NCBI GenBank assembly: GCA_036630325.1
Contig: CP142727.1
Span: forward strand, 1,426,001-1,490,000
Source: Vairimorpha necatrix
Taxonomy: Eukaryota
Direction of reading: 5' to 3'
Length of the DNA stretch: 64,000 nucleotides
Part shown: positions 51,469-64,000 of the stretch, piece by piece
Numbering within the stretch: position 1 is the stretch's first letter
How the letters are laid out: every line of letters starts with the position of its first letter
The notes under the pieces: generated by a model
Seen by the model: only the letters and a program-made list of their open reading frames with translations
The model's database searches: none
Told to the model about the DNA's origin: nothing
Position numbers and translations under genes: made by a program

Positions 51469-53441
51469 TGTGGTATTATTTACCACATTATTATATTTTC
51501 CTCCAAATGAATTTTCTAGAATTTATTTTTATATAAATATTTTCTTTTTATTTTTACCCCCACCAAAATATGTCAAGAAGAACAGAGGAGTCTAGAAATC
51601 AGCAGTATCAATCACTGCATCCCCAGAAAAGGGAAGATAAAGCCCAAGGAGGCAGATTTAATAATACAACTTTAATTATAATAAAACTTTAATACCCGTC
51701 AGAAGCATTATAGAATGCTATCTGAGGAACGGCCAACTCCCGGGTAATACCTCAATGAGCTCATTAGTATTAGAAAAAAGTAATAATACTGAGAAATAAA
51801 ATGATGATGAAGCATATACCACATTTGATAAAACCATAGAAGGAACTACAATAGTGTTTAAAGAAAAAATTGAAAAATGTAAAACGTGACTGCACCATAA
51901 ATCATCTCGAGCTGTTTGAAGAGCTAGGAACGGCCAATAAATGGACAAATGAGCAGATGGGACTCATCTACCATTCTTTGATTGAAGATTCTAAGGTGAA
52001 AGATAAGCTAAATAAGAAAAGCTTTAAAAAACAAAAAAAAGAACTACTAGAATTCAGATATCCAAAAAATGATGTAGCTTTATTATTAACAGAGATGGAA
52101 ACTGTAAAACAGGTAAATTATAGAAGTATAGCAGATTACTTCGAGAAAATAAAGTCGATGATTAAAATATACGGACTATCTATAAACCTATCGAAAAAGG
52201 AATCTGATGTTAGATTGAAACAGATTTTTGAAAAAGGATTAGGCAGATCAACTGCCATTGAAGTTTTAAAATCAGGAATGAAAAACAAGGTAATGGACGA
52301 GCTATTAAAATATTCACAGGATCTGGAAGAAATGATTATTTTACAGGTGAAACTGGAAGGGAGACTTTATCTCAATTTATATCTAAGAAAGAGAATTATG
52401 AAAGACCTGAAGAAACAGGAAGATACTTTAAAAGTGATAAGTGGTGCTCTATACATCGAGCAAGATCACATGATACACGAGATTGTCGTCTACAAAAACC
52501 AAAAGCCAACGATAGAGAAATAAAAAAAGAAGGAAAATCGTTAATGATAAAAAAAATTCCTAACGATGAATTGGATAAAAAAATAAAAAAACCGACTGCC
52601 TATTAATTCAGAAACAAAAAGAAAATAAAATCATCAATAAACAGAAATGTATAAATGAAAGAATAAATAATATAGATAATTGTATTAAAAGGAATTTGAA
52701 TAAAAAATAGACAATCTTCTAGCTAAAGTCTTAACTAATATAGTTGACTTTGTGAAAAGGACAGGGAATACGATACCATCAGATGATATATATTCAAAAA
52801 TATTAAAATAAATAACAAAGGAAGAAGCAAGCCTCCTGATAAAATTAAAGATAACCATCAACAGGTAAAAGATTTGGCAACATCTAAATATGATAGTTAT
52901 CAGAATAAAAAAAAAATCTTGGAACTTTCAGAAAACATTGCCTCAAAAATAAAATGCAGCAGATGCAATTTAGCATATGTAGATATGGAGTAAAGGGCGA
53001 ATCTGAGAAGCTCAAATGTGATAAGTTAAACTCATACCTTGATTCGAGGTTTAGAATATCCAACCCAGCTATTTCTTAGAAACGGCGAAAAGAACTATTT
53101 GATGATTTCGGAGGAATCCGTATTCTAATTTGCTGATTTTTTGCAGGAGGTAGTATGTGGTATTATTTGCCACATTATTATATTTTCCCTCCAAATGAAT
53201 TTTTAGAATTTATTTTTCTATAAATATTTTCTTTTTATTTTTACCCCCACCAAAATATGTCAATAAGAACAGAGGAGTCTAGAAATAAGCAGTATCAATC
53301 AATGCATCCTTAGAAGAGGAAAGATAAAGCCCAAGGAGGCAGATTTAATAATACAACTTGCATTATAATAAAACTTTAATACCCGGGAGAAGCATTATAG
53401 AATGCTATCTGAGGAATGGCCAACTCCCGGGTAATACCTAA
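51469..53441 (+). mobile_element. Internally deleted LTR retrotransposon (two 286-bp LTRs, gag remnant, no pol)
   Basis: LTRs at 51469-51754 and 53156-53441; perfect 5-bp TSD GAATT; purine-rich GCAGGAGGTAGTA before the 3' LTR. Gag-like ORF 51870-52523 (LFEELGTANKW...) plus a frameshifted WCSIHRARSHDTRDC knuckle variant at ~52442. Confidence 0.92.
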
Positions 53442-56400
53442 GAATTAAACATAAAAACAAGAAATAAATATATGACAAATTAATAATTTTTTTTTCTTTA
53501 GGGAGTATCTACACATCTTATATCCGGCATGAAGCCTGATCCGAAGTTGAAGTGATGAGTCTAAATTTACATATTGATTTATATTATTTGTTTGTTTTGC
53601 TGCTCATCGGAATTGTAGGTCAGGGGTAAATTCCGTTTAAATAGTCAATCAGATTAACTGTCAAACTCTTTGAGATGTAATCAAACAAACATGAAACCGA
53701 AGTTCTACTGAATTAGTAGTACTTCATGTGACATGCACTTGTCTTACTTTTAGTTTGTGAATGTCAAACATGTCTAATGTTTATTTACAATACTCTTAGA
53801 CGTTTGACAGTACCAATAATCATTGTATAATTATAAACAAGATTCGTCAGTGCAGGTCTGCAGCCTCACACATCTGAAGAAAATATTAATATTGTTATTT
53901 TGAAAATTATTTCTTGCACTATTTAGTACATTTTTTTAGAGGTTGCCAACGTATGTATCTGTATAATTAATATTTTAAGAAATTTAGATTTATTTGTCTT
54001 TTCATATGAGTACGTAAGTATATAATTTGCTGTATATAAAATAATTATGAAACGCATTATGTGCAGAATCGACATAAAAATAAAAAATTGAAGTAAAGTT
54101 AAACATATTAATTCGGCTTTGGACAAATACGTTAATTAAACGCAATATTTACTTCTTTTTGCAAGGTAAAAACATATTTTTCAAAACAAGTAAATTAGAT
54201 TCTTTCAAAAAGAAATTAAAACACAATCATTGAGTGATTTAATTACAAGAAATGTCTGACACTATATAACAATCATTTAAGACATATAATTTAGTCTAAC
54301 AATATATTTGTTGAAAGAATTAGGACATATTTATATACAAGAAATAAGATTATAAATCTATTTAAAATAATTTATGTATATGCATTATAGCATTTAAATA
54401 AATGTTAAAAAACGAAAACTTGATAAACTAAACACAAAGGTTCATGAAAGTGTGTATTAACGATTACATCATAAGAACATTTGTCAGAGTTTACATTCAA
54501 ATATTCACCAACCACGTTTCAACACACCAATAATACAACAAAAAACAAAAAATTCAATATGTTTATCCATGCAAAATAATTAACCTATAACTTACGTGGC
54601 TAAAAAATAATTACAATAAAAATAGAATTTTAATAAGAAGTTTGTATATGAAGGGCAAAGAATATTTATGAAGCAAGTACACAATCATAAAGTTATTAAT
54701 AGCGAAATATTTTTAGCCTTCTTACTTAAAAGTAGCAAAGTTTTATCTATGAAAAACAGAAAATAAAGAAAAAATAAGAACGAGCATATTGGTTGAAAGA
54801 AAAAATATCTTTTAAAATTTAAACGAACTCTACAATCTATCTAAATTTACAACATAGGCAATAACAAGATAATTTAAATTTGTTTTTTCCTTTTTTCATT
54901 TGGTATAAGTACAACAAAAGAATGGAATTACTTACGATCAAAAATAGCACTGTTTTAGAAGGGATACAAATAATAAAAATTTATTATAACTAGATAGTAG
55001 AGGGATTATAAAGATAAACATATGATTCATACATATTGCTTTGCAAGATAAATACATAAGAATTCAAACTAAAGATATACGATCAAGATATTAATTGAAA
55101 TGTAATTTTCTTTTATATTAAAATCTACGCCAAGATAAACAAAAATAAATCCCAATATTGCATATAGTATTATTTAAGTACAATTAAAACAAATAGATTA
55201 GTTTTTTAATTATCTGAAACATATCAGACGATTTTGTAAATGAAAATTATACTGAAAAATCAACTATATAATATTTATATTTGATAAATATGTACACGTT
55301 ATTAAGTATAATAATTACTAATGGTAAAAAACGAAAACAAATATTATATAAAAATTTTAAACGAATTTTGATTAACCTCGTATATTACATTTTTTGATTT
55401 ATAGAATTCTAAAGAAGTTTCAGTTATGAAACATTGTAGACTTTTGGAATCGAAGTTGGTAAAAAACAAATGTCACAAATATTAATTTGTTGTTTACAAT
55501 CATATTGACCACACAAAATTTGAAATTATGACCAAAAAATTCTAAAAAGTAAAATCATCAATACTAGTATTATAATTATAAAAATATATTATTTTATTAT
55601 TAATTTCAAATAAATAAGAACAAATCAATTCAAAATTCTCTCGGTTAAATATTTGATAATCGCTCTTTTGTTATATATAATACTTTATAAATCCGTTAAG
55701 TATAATATTTTTATATAATAATTAGATAAAAATTTAGGTATGAAGATCGAAATATTATAAAAAGAGTTTTTTGACGAAAGAAAAAAAAATTTAAAATTCA
55801 ATCAACAATTATCGTAAAATTATATAATCATTAGAAAATCATTTATTTAATTATAATTAGAAGAATTGATGAAAATTATTTAAATTAACAATATAAAATA
55901 AAACCTATTCATTGTAAAATCGTTCAGCAACAGTAAAAAGAATTTTACTTAGAAACGACATTTATGTAATTGATTTTAAAAATCCTAGGGAACCCCTACT
56001 TAAATATATTTTCCATATTATAATATAATAAGAAATAATAAGTTTATTTTCAATTATGAATAATTAAATAAAAACAATAGCTCATACAATTTAATATAAG
56101 GTTGACGTAAAATGGGTTCGAGATTTTGAAAAAGGCGTCGCATATCTCAAAAAAATAAAACAAAAATAATGAGGGGAGTAGAATAGAAATGCATATAAAT
56201 CCAATACATTTAATACAAAAAAAAAATTAATTATGAAATGCTATATTTATTAAAAAATCTTTTATGCCATAGTTACACGCTAACGGAATATAATTTTCAA
56301 TATTTATATATTTAAGCAGAAAATAATTTAAAGTAAGATAAAGAGTAATAACATAATATAAAATGATTAACACTTGCTTAATTTAAATTAAAAAACTTAT

Positions 56401-59400
56401 AAAAACACGTTAATTTAGAATAAGTATTTCTTAACTATAATACTATATAATATTTCACCTGGACGTTTTCAAGATTATTTACAAAAAAATAAAAAAATTC
56501 GAAAAGTTTGAATTGCATATATTAAATATTAACAATATGATAATACTTCGGGAAAACAAATAAGAATCTTAGAAAAAACACCTAAATAATATTTATATAT
56601 CGTTAGTTTGAGAAATTTACAAGTATTCTTAAGAAATTAAATTTTTAGAATATATAAGAATTCATTTACACATATTTAAATAAAAACAAAAAATTTATAT
56701 TATTTAGCATAAAAATGAAATATTATTAGTTAAAAGAAAAACTTAAAAATTCCTCTTATAAAATAAAAAATTTTGTTCTTTGTCTTATAATTATCAGATA
56801 TTTAAATTTTTTGAATCAAAAATTTTATATAACTGTTATAGTCAATATTTTTGAAGAAAAATTGAAATTTAATTTTGATATTATATATTGTATAGTTCAA
56901 TAAAATGCGTTAGATTAATTCTAAGTATGAAAAGGTCAAGAAAAGTTATACTTCAATATAAATTTTTAATACACAAAGATTGACCTACAAGTAAAATAAA
57001 ATAATGCCAATAAAAATCTTTGAAAAAACTAATATATTTCGAAATGCAATTTCAATAATGATATTTGAGGTTAATATTACAAAAATAATTAAAAAAAAAT
57101 ATATTTAAAGTAGTAGGATAACTTTTTTTAAAAAAAAACGTATTGGACTAAAACTCGTTTTGAAAATTAATGTTAATATCTAGAATAGTTATAAAAAATA
57201 TTCAAACTAAACGTTAAAAAAAATTCTAGATAAGTGAAAAGAAGAAAATTTTTATACAATTAAATTTTTACGACTTTTGAAGCGCGAAGTCTCAACCACT
57301 ATAACGAAAATAATATTTTTTGATCATTAAATATAATTTTATATTTTCAAATTTCGCTCATAATAATACACATACGACTGATTAGTATAAGTAATAGTTT
57401 TAGAACATATAACGACTTTATCTTTTTTTAAAAATAATGTATCAATCGAAAATTTAAAATGCAATATATTACACCTAGATATTAAACATGATGATATATA
57501 CAACCTACACGAGAAACATATGATTCAATAACGAAAAATTTATAAAAATACTAAAAATAATCTATTAAAAATTTTTATATATTTGTATTTCAAAAGAAAC
57601 CATATCACGGAGGGTTTTAGAAAATTGTAGATTAAAAATATTAAATTACAATCATTATTTCATAAAGTTTTAAAAATGATTTAAATTATTCTTATGGTAA
57701 AACATTAAATACTATTTATCGCAAGGAAGCATTAAAAAGTTCTTTATATCTAAAAACTCATTTTTTTATGCTTAACTTAAGTTTTTAAAATTATTATAAA
57801 AATGTAGCTTATATAAACCAAATAATATCAAGAAAATTCATAAATAAAAATTTAAAGTCTCAAAGAAACATAAAGACATACGACGAAAATAAAATATAAA
57901 CATATATAGAGGAACACAACAAACGACATTTCATTCTGTTATCATTTATTACAACAGTATTTTGAAATTTTTGGTTATAGACTGTAAAAAAATTATAAAA
58001 TATCAAAACAAAAAATTATTTCAATGAAAATAATGATAAATAATTAAGAAATAAATCTAATAATGGTCAGAAAACATATTAAATACATTTCAAATGATAA
58101 GATAATCAACATTTATACAAATTGTAAATTTATACACAAAAGTAGGCTGGAAATAAATTTCGTATTTCTTCATTTGAATTTTTCTAGTAAACATCATATA
58201 TTCCACGTATTTATTATTAATACTATAATTATGATAAAATTAAAACAAAACAAATACAGAATTGGTAAATTTATTAACAAATATTTTACACTAACCGAAG
58301 AATTAAAAAAATATAAATCAATAAGAGCTTGAAGGGTTAATAAAAAGTATAAACAAACCCCAATGCAACTAATTAATAGATATTTATATAAATTTAAGAA
58401 AAATTTAATGTAAGAACATATAAATTAAAAAACAAATCTTATCTTTAAAAATGACAGAAAATATTTTAATGCATTACCCCGATTACATTATAAATATAGA
58501 TGCAGTAGACGAATTCTAATAATTATAAAATTTAATTTAATTTAAATATTAATTGATTAAAAAAATATAATAATATATTGATAAATTAAATTCCAAATAT
58601 GAAAACAAAAAAATCTTTATGAATTTTTTTGGAATAAACATTTTGATTTTTAAAGAATGAAATCAATCTAATGATTTAATAAAAAAATTAAAATTTTTTA
58701 ATAATACATGAATACTTTTATTCATAAAAAATAACATTTTAACATAACACATTATGTAAAACATTTTTATAGATAATAATAGGTTACTTTTAAACTATTC
58801 GCAATTTTTTACGCAAAAATTTAACAATTTTAACTGGTTATAAAATATATCAAACTAGTTCTCTTCATAATTGAAATTATATGAAGATCAAGCATGAAGT
58901 AAATCTTACGGTTATAAAAGAAAATTTATAAGTACAAACAAAACATATCCTGGGCATTATGATCACATATCAAATATATTTTTTATAGGATGTATTTTTC
59001 AATTATCCAATAACTTCACTCCCTCTTTTTTTTAAAATATTATATTTTCTACCATAAAAAAATTAATCCCAAAGAGAACATAAATAATAAACACAATAAC
59101 ATTTGTAATATTAAAAGACTTTTTGGACAGTTCAAATACATAGATAAATAGAATTGTACATTAGAAGAAGCCTCATCCTATGCAGCAGCCAAGTAGATAT
59201 AAATATTCATAAAAAATTCAAAAGAACAAATTTTTGCGAAAATATTTTATTTTATAAAAATTAATTAAATCATATTAATCTGATAAATCTTAAGTACTTC
59301 TATTGATCTATTTTAATATAACATAATTTTATACTGAAATATACAAATGTAATTAGTTATAAGTATTGTATTTTCAAACAAACACTGGAATCTTTCCTTA

Positions 59401-59744
59401 ATGTTAACAAATTGTTACGTCCTTTTACTTTCTATCAATAATGATCAAATTTTTTTATTCAAAGTGATTATCATAAGCTTTCCTAAAGAGTATAAGCTTT
59501 TGTGTCTGTATATATGCGTTAATACAGCATTCGAGATTTAAGTTATTTGTATAATTCCCTAAAATATTTTTTTTTAGTATAATACGAATATTTCCAGTAA
59601 GAAATATGTTAAAACACAAAAATGACTTTTTTTTACAATGAAATATATTACAAATTAAAGAAGTAATTTCATACTTTTACAATATATTATTACATAAATT
59701 TATTCGCAAAATTACACCAAAAATACTTTGTGTTTTAATTATAA

Positions 59745-62700
59745 TGTTAAAGTTGAACCTTTTATTAAATAAATGTATAACATGGCAAACACAAAAGACG
59801 AAAGGGTAACAAGTGAGACCTGTGTTTAAGAGAAGATAAAATTACTAAAAGAAACTCAGAGAGTAGAAGCAATCATCAGAATGCAGAAAGAAAAAGATGA
59901 GACAACGAAGCAGTCGATAAAACAAGTAAATTCTGAGCTTCAGGATTTTATTATTGATAAAAATTTAATCATTATGATTAATTGGAATAATATTATTGAT
60001 GAAATTGATAAATTAGTTATTGAAGAGGAAGAGAATAAGAACAAGGAAAAAATAAGGAGTAGAGAACTAGAAGATATGGTAGAGGGTATGAAGGAAAAAT
60101 TAAAAAGAAGATGAAAGGATAACTGACTAGGACTGTAGCAGTGTCAGGAAGATACTTTCAATATCAAAGACGAGAAGAAAAACATTGGTTTATATGTGGG
60201 AGAATTATACATATAGCTAGAGGTTGTATGGAGCGTAAAGGAAGACAGGAAGAGAATAATGAAAATAAAAGTGTTAAATATTTTGGCATTTGTGGAAAAG
60301 TAAAATGAAAATATTAAAAATGAAATGATTTTAAATTGAGACTACCAGTGGAGGTAAAAAGAGAGAACTCAAGAAACAGTTTTTATGTAAAAAATACAAA
60401 CCAAGATAAAAGAAGAAAAAATATTAATAAATATGAAGAATTAGAAGGAAAATTTTCGAGGTATTGTGAAAAGACAGAGGGAAAAGAAAATACTTAACAG
60501 GGATAAAATGTTCTTTTAAAACAAAACAATGAGTAAAAGTAGTGCAAAAGAAACAAAATATTCCTTATAAACTCCGAGAAAAGGCAGAAAAGTATATTAA
60601 TTTATTAGAAAGTAGAGGTATTATCAGAAAGACAAAGAGCAAATGGAAAAGCCTAATAAAGCCCATAGAAAAACCAAATGGTAAAGTACAATTGAGAAGC
60701 AATTTGATGGCTTATAATGAACTGGAATAAAAAGATCCGTATGATTTGCCATTGATTAGAGACATATTAAAGCAACGCAAGGTTCTAAAGTATTTATGGT
60801 TATAGACCTAAAGGAAAGATTCTATCATATAGAAATTGAGAGAGCTTACAAACATAAGACAGCTTTTAAGATAAATGGTAGAGTTTACGAATGGAATGGC
60901 ATGGTAAAGGGATTAAAAAATGCTCCCCATATTATGCAAAGAGTGATGAACGGAGTTTTAGATAAGTTTAGAGGCAAGAGTGTTGAGGTGTACATGGATT
61001 TTATTATTTATGCATGAGATAGTAATATACAAGAAAATTTTTTAAAACAAGTAATTCGAAAATTTAATGAATGTGGATTAAAAGTAAACTCAAGAAAGAT
61101 ACAATATAAATTAGGAGAAGAAAAACTACTTGGAGTAACAATTAACTGAGAAGACATTAAACCGAAAAAATATATAGGAGTAGACATTAGAATACAGAAA
61201 GCCTAACAACATAAAAGATCTTAGAAGAGTTGAGGAGCGGGCAGGCCGGTTAAGAGATTTTATTCATCATTATGCTTATCGGTCAGCGCTTCTTACAAGA
61301 GCACTAAAAAAAGATAGTAAATGAAAATGGTCCCAAGATATGGAAAGAGCTTTTATGGATATCAAAGAGGATTTAAAGGATGTGAAAAAATTAAAAATAG
61401 AAGATAGATAAAAAAATATTTAGAGTAAGAACGTGTGCATGCGATAAGGGAATTGGAGTTATACTTCTGCAAGAAGACAAGGAAGATAGGTAGATTCTGA
61501 TACAATGGGCATCAAAAATGCTAACACCAACAGCTAAAAAGTATACGATTAGTGAAAAAGAGATGTTGGCAGTGTTATTTGAAATAAAGAAATTCGAGTC
61601 AGATTTGGGGGAAGAAAATTTCAATAAATGACAAATCATAAAGGAATGGCCGAGATTAGAAACAAACCGTTTTTTAATAATTACATAATTAAGAGATGGA
61701 TAGAATATATACAAGAGTTCGATTTTACTATTGAATATGTAAAAACAGAATTGATGATGTATGTGGATGCTCTTAGTAGACAATTTAAAAATAACGAAGT
61801 AATTGAAAAGGCGAAAGAGATAAACGCACCAAAAACAAATTAAATGGAAAGAAAAAAAGCGCATGGTTAAAAGAGAAGGCAAAAACTATTGGAAGTTCTC
61901 AACAATAGAAATTATTAAATACAACACAAAAAAATAAATGAGAACAGAAATTCGCAGAGTTCATGAGGAATTAAATCATCGTGAAGTGAAAAAGACCTTA
62001 TTATAAGGAAAAACAAAGATTGTACTGACCAGCTATTTGACCAGATATCCACAACGCTAAAAAATTGTGGAATATAGTGCATTAATAACAGAAAAACGAC
62101 TGGAGGTTGCAATTTTGTAACTATATTTAAGAAATTAGAAAAAGTAGCTTTACACGTAATTGTTATCGAGGAAAACAAAAAATACCTGCTATTAGGGATT
62201 GACTACTTAGAAGAAAAGTATAGGGCGCAAAAATGGAAAATAGAGGAAGTGATGTTAATACGAAAATTTTAGGATATTTGATAAATGAAGATGGATGCCC
62301 AGATGAATATTTCGGATAACGGTAAGAAATTTCTCAGTGAGAAGTTTGTAACTTGGTGTAAAGAAAACGGAATTATGCAATGGAAAGTAGGTTTAGAAGC
62401 TCATAAGAGCAATGGAAAATTGAACGATGTATTTGAACAATAAGGGAATCATTGATTAAATAAAAAGAAGGAAACCCAGAGTAAAAACTAGAACAAGCTA
62501 AGAACCTATTATAACATTTTACACACAGCGATAAAATGTACACCAATGGAAGCATGTAAAGAACAAGGAAAAGAAGTCTTTATTGAAAACGTTAAAAAGG
62601 GTGTGTATGCAAGTAATTTTAAACAAAGGAAAGAGATAAAATTTGAAGTAGATCAGGCTGTGAGAATCGCAAGATAAAAAACTTGGGTAAACAGATGAAA

Positions 62701-62914
62701 TGTATGAAAGGAAGTTTTACAAGTGTTGGTAAAATGATGGGAAAGTGTGAGAATGATTTTTATATTGTAAGGACTGATAGCTGAAAATACCTTAAGAAAC
62801 GACATTATGACCTAAAAGATTATAAAAATGATAAATTAGAAGCTTGTAACGTAGAACTACCCGTTTGGAGGGGGATGTTAGGGTTGAACTTTCCTATTAA
62901 ATAAATGTATAACA
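59745..62914 (+). mobile_element. Decayed Ty3/Gypsy element, 3170 bp, with 38/39-bp LTRs; relative of the 20648-23830 element
   Basis: LTRs at 59745-59782 and 62876-62914 (TGTTA...TATTAAATAAATGTATAACA); perfect 5-bp TSD TATAA; TGG after the 5' LTR; PPT GGAGGGGGA. Fragmented RT (IEKPNG, VIDLKE, YMD), RNase H (DALSR) and integrase, colinear with the 911-aa ORF. Confidence 0.93.
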
Positions 62915-63077
62915 TATAATCATTAATCTGAAAAAAAAATACTTGAATTAATAGATATTTAGTTAAAATTTATCTAAAAATTTTCATTTTTTATTTATTT
63001 TAGTTACATATTGATGTAACTGAATTTTTTTTTTAAAAAAAAGATTCAGGAAGGTTTGAGGGCTAAAAGCTGACGTG

Positions 63078-64000
63078 TTAGGTAGGTTAGGTAGGTTAGG
63101 TAGGTAGGTGGGTGGGGGGTGTGGTGGTTAGGGTAGGTAGGTGGTTAGGTAGGTAGGGTGGGGTAGGTAGGTTAGGTAGGTAGGTTAGGTAGGTGGTTAG
63201 GTAGGTAGGGTGGGGTAGGTAGGTTAGGTAGGTAGGTTAGGTAGGTAGGTTAGGTAGGTAGGTTAGGTAGGTTAGGTTAGGTAGGTTAGGTAGGTAGGTA
63301 GGTAGGTTAGGTAGGTAGGTGGTTAGGTTAGGTAGGTGGTTAGGTAGGTTAGGTAGGGTAGGTTAGGTTAGGTTAGGTTAGGTAGGTTAGGTAGGTAGGT
63401 TAGGTTAGGTTAGGTTAGGTAGGTTAGGTTAGGTTAGGTAGGGTAGGTAGGGTTAGGTAGGGTTAGGTAGGTAGGGTAGGTAGGTTAGGTAGGGTAGGTA
63501 GGTAGGTTAGGTAGGGTAGGGTAGGTAGGTTAGGTTAGGTTAGGTAGGTAGGTTAGGTAGGGTGGTAGGTAGGGTAGGGTAGGTGGGTAGGTTAGGTAGG
63601 GTTAGGTAGGGTTAGGTGGTGGTTAGGTAGGGTAGGTAGGTAGGTGGTGGTGGTTTAGGTTAGGTTAGGTAGGGTAGGTAGGTAGGGTAGGGTGGGGTAG
63701 GTAGGTAGGTAGGGTAGGTAGGTTAGGTGGTTAGGTAGGGTAGGTAGGGTAGGTAGGGTAGGTAGTAGGTTAGTAGGTTAGGTTAGGTTAGGTAGTAGGT
63801 TAGGTTAGGTAGGTAGGTTAGGTAGGTAGGTAGGTTAGGTAGGTTAGTTAGTAGGTTAGGTAGGTTTAGGTTTAGGTAGGTTAGGTTAGGTTAGGTTAGG
63901 TAGTAGGTTAGGTAGGTATGGTAGGTAGGTAGGTTAGGTAGGTTAGAGGTTAGGTTTAGGTAGGTAGGTTAGGTAGGTAGGTTAGGTAGGTTAGGTAGGT
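63078..64000 (+). repeat. Telomeric repeat tract of mixed TTAGG/TAGG units with TAGGG, TGG and TAG variants
   Basis: >900 bp, free of C on the plus strand, with the G-rich strand running 5'->3' toward the window end. Confidence 0.96.

Overview
Very AT-rich eukaryotic chromosome end. It is most consistent with a microsporidian (Nosema/Vairimorpha-like) genome: compact genes, CCC/GGG-like motifs just upstream of ATGs, and a TTAGG-type telomere. The organism call is inference. The first 3.7 kb is gene-dense core: Nfs1 (cut by the window edge), an EF-hand protein, a Maf1 homolog with one in-frame TAA, and an atypical homeobox gene. Three orphan genes with short hydrophobic N-termini follow (7.2-19.7 kb). 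The remaining ~44 kb is gene desert and transposon graveyard, ending in a heterogeneous TTAGG/TAGG telomere (63078-64000). Mobile elements with defined ends are three Merlin/ISXO2-like DNA transposons (8-bp TSDs), one Ginger2/TDD-like integrase transposon (5-bp TSD), RLE-type non-LTR remnants, candidate MITEs and two LTR lineages. The most striking finding is two diverged ~3.2-kb Ty3/Gypsy elements with LTRs of only 49 bp and 38-39 bp. Each has a PBS-like site and a PPT (one also a perfect TSD), starts gag inside the LTR, and shows no recognisable aspartic protease. A second family has ~286-306-bp LTRs that appear protein-coding and lacks a tRNA-type PBS. All calls are by eye; no database searches were run.
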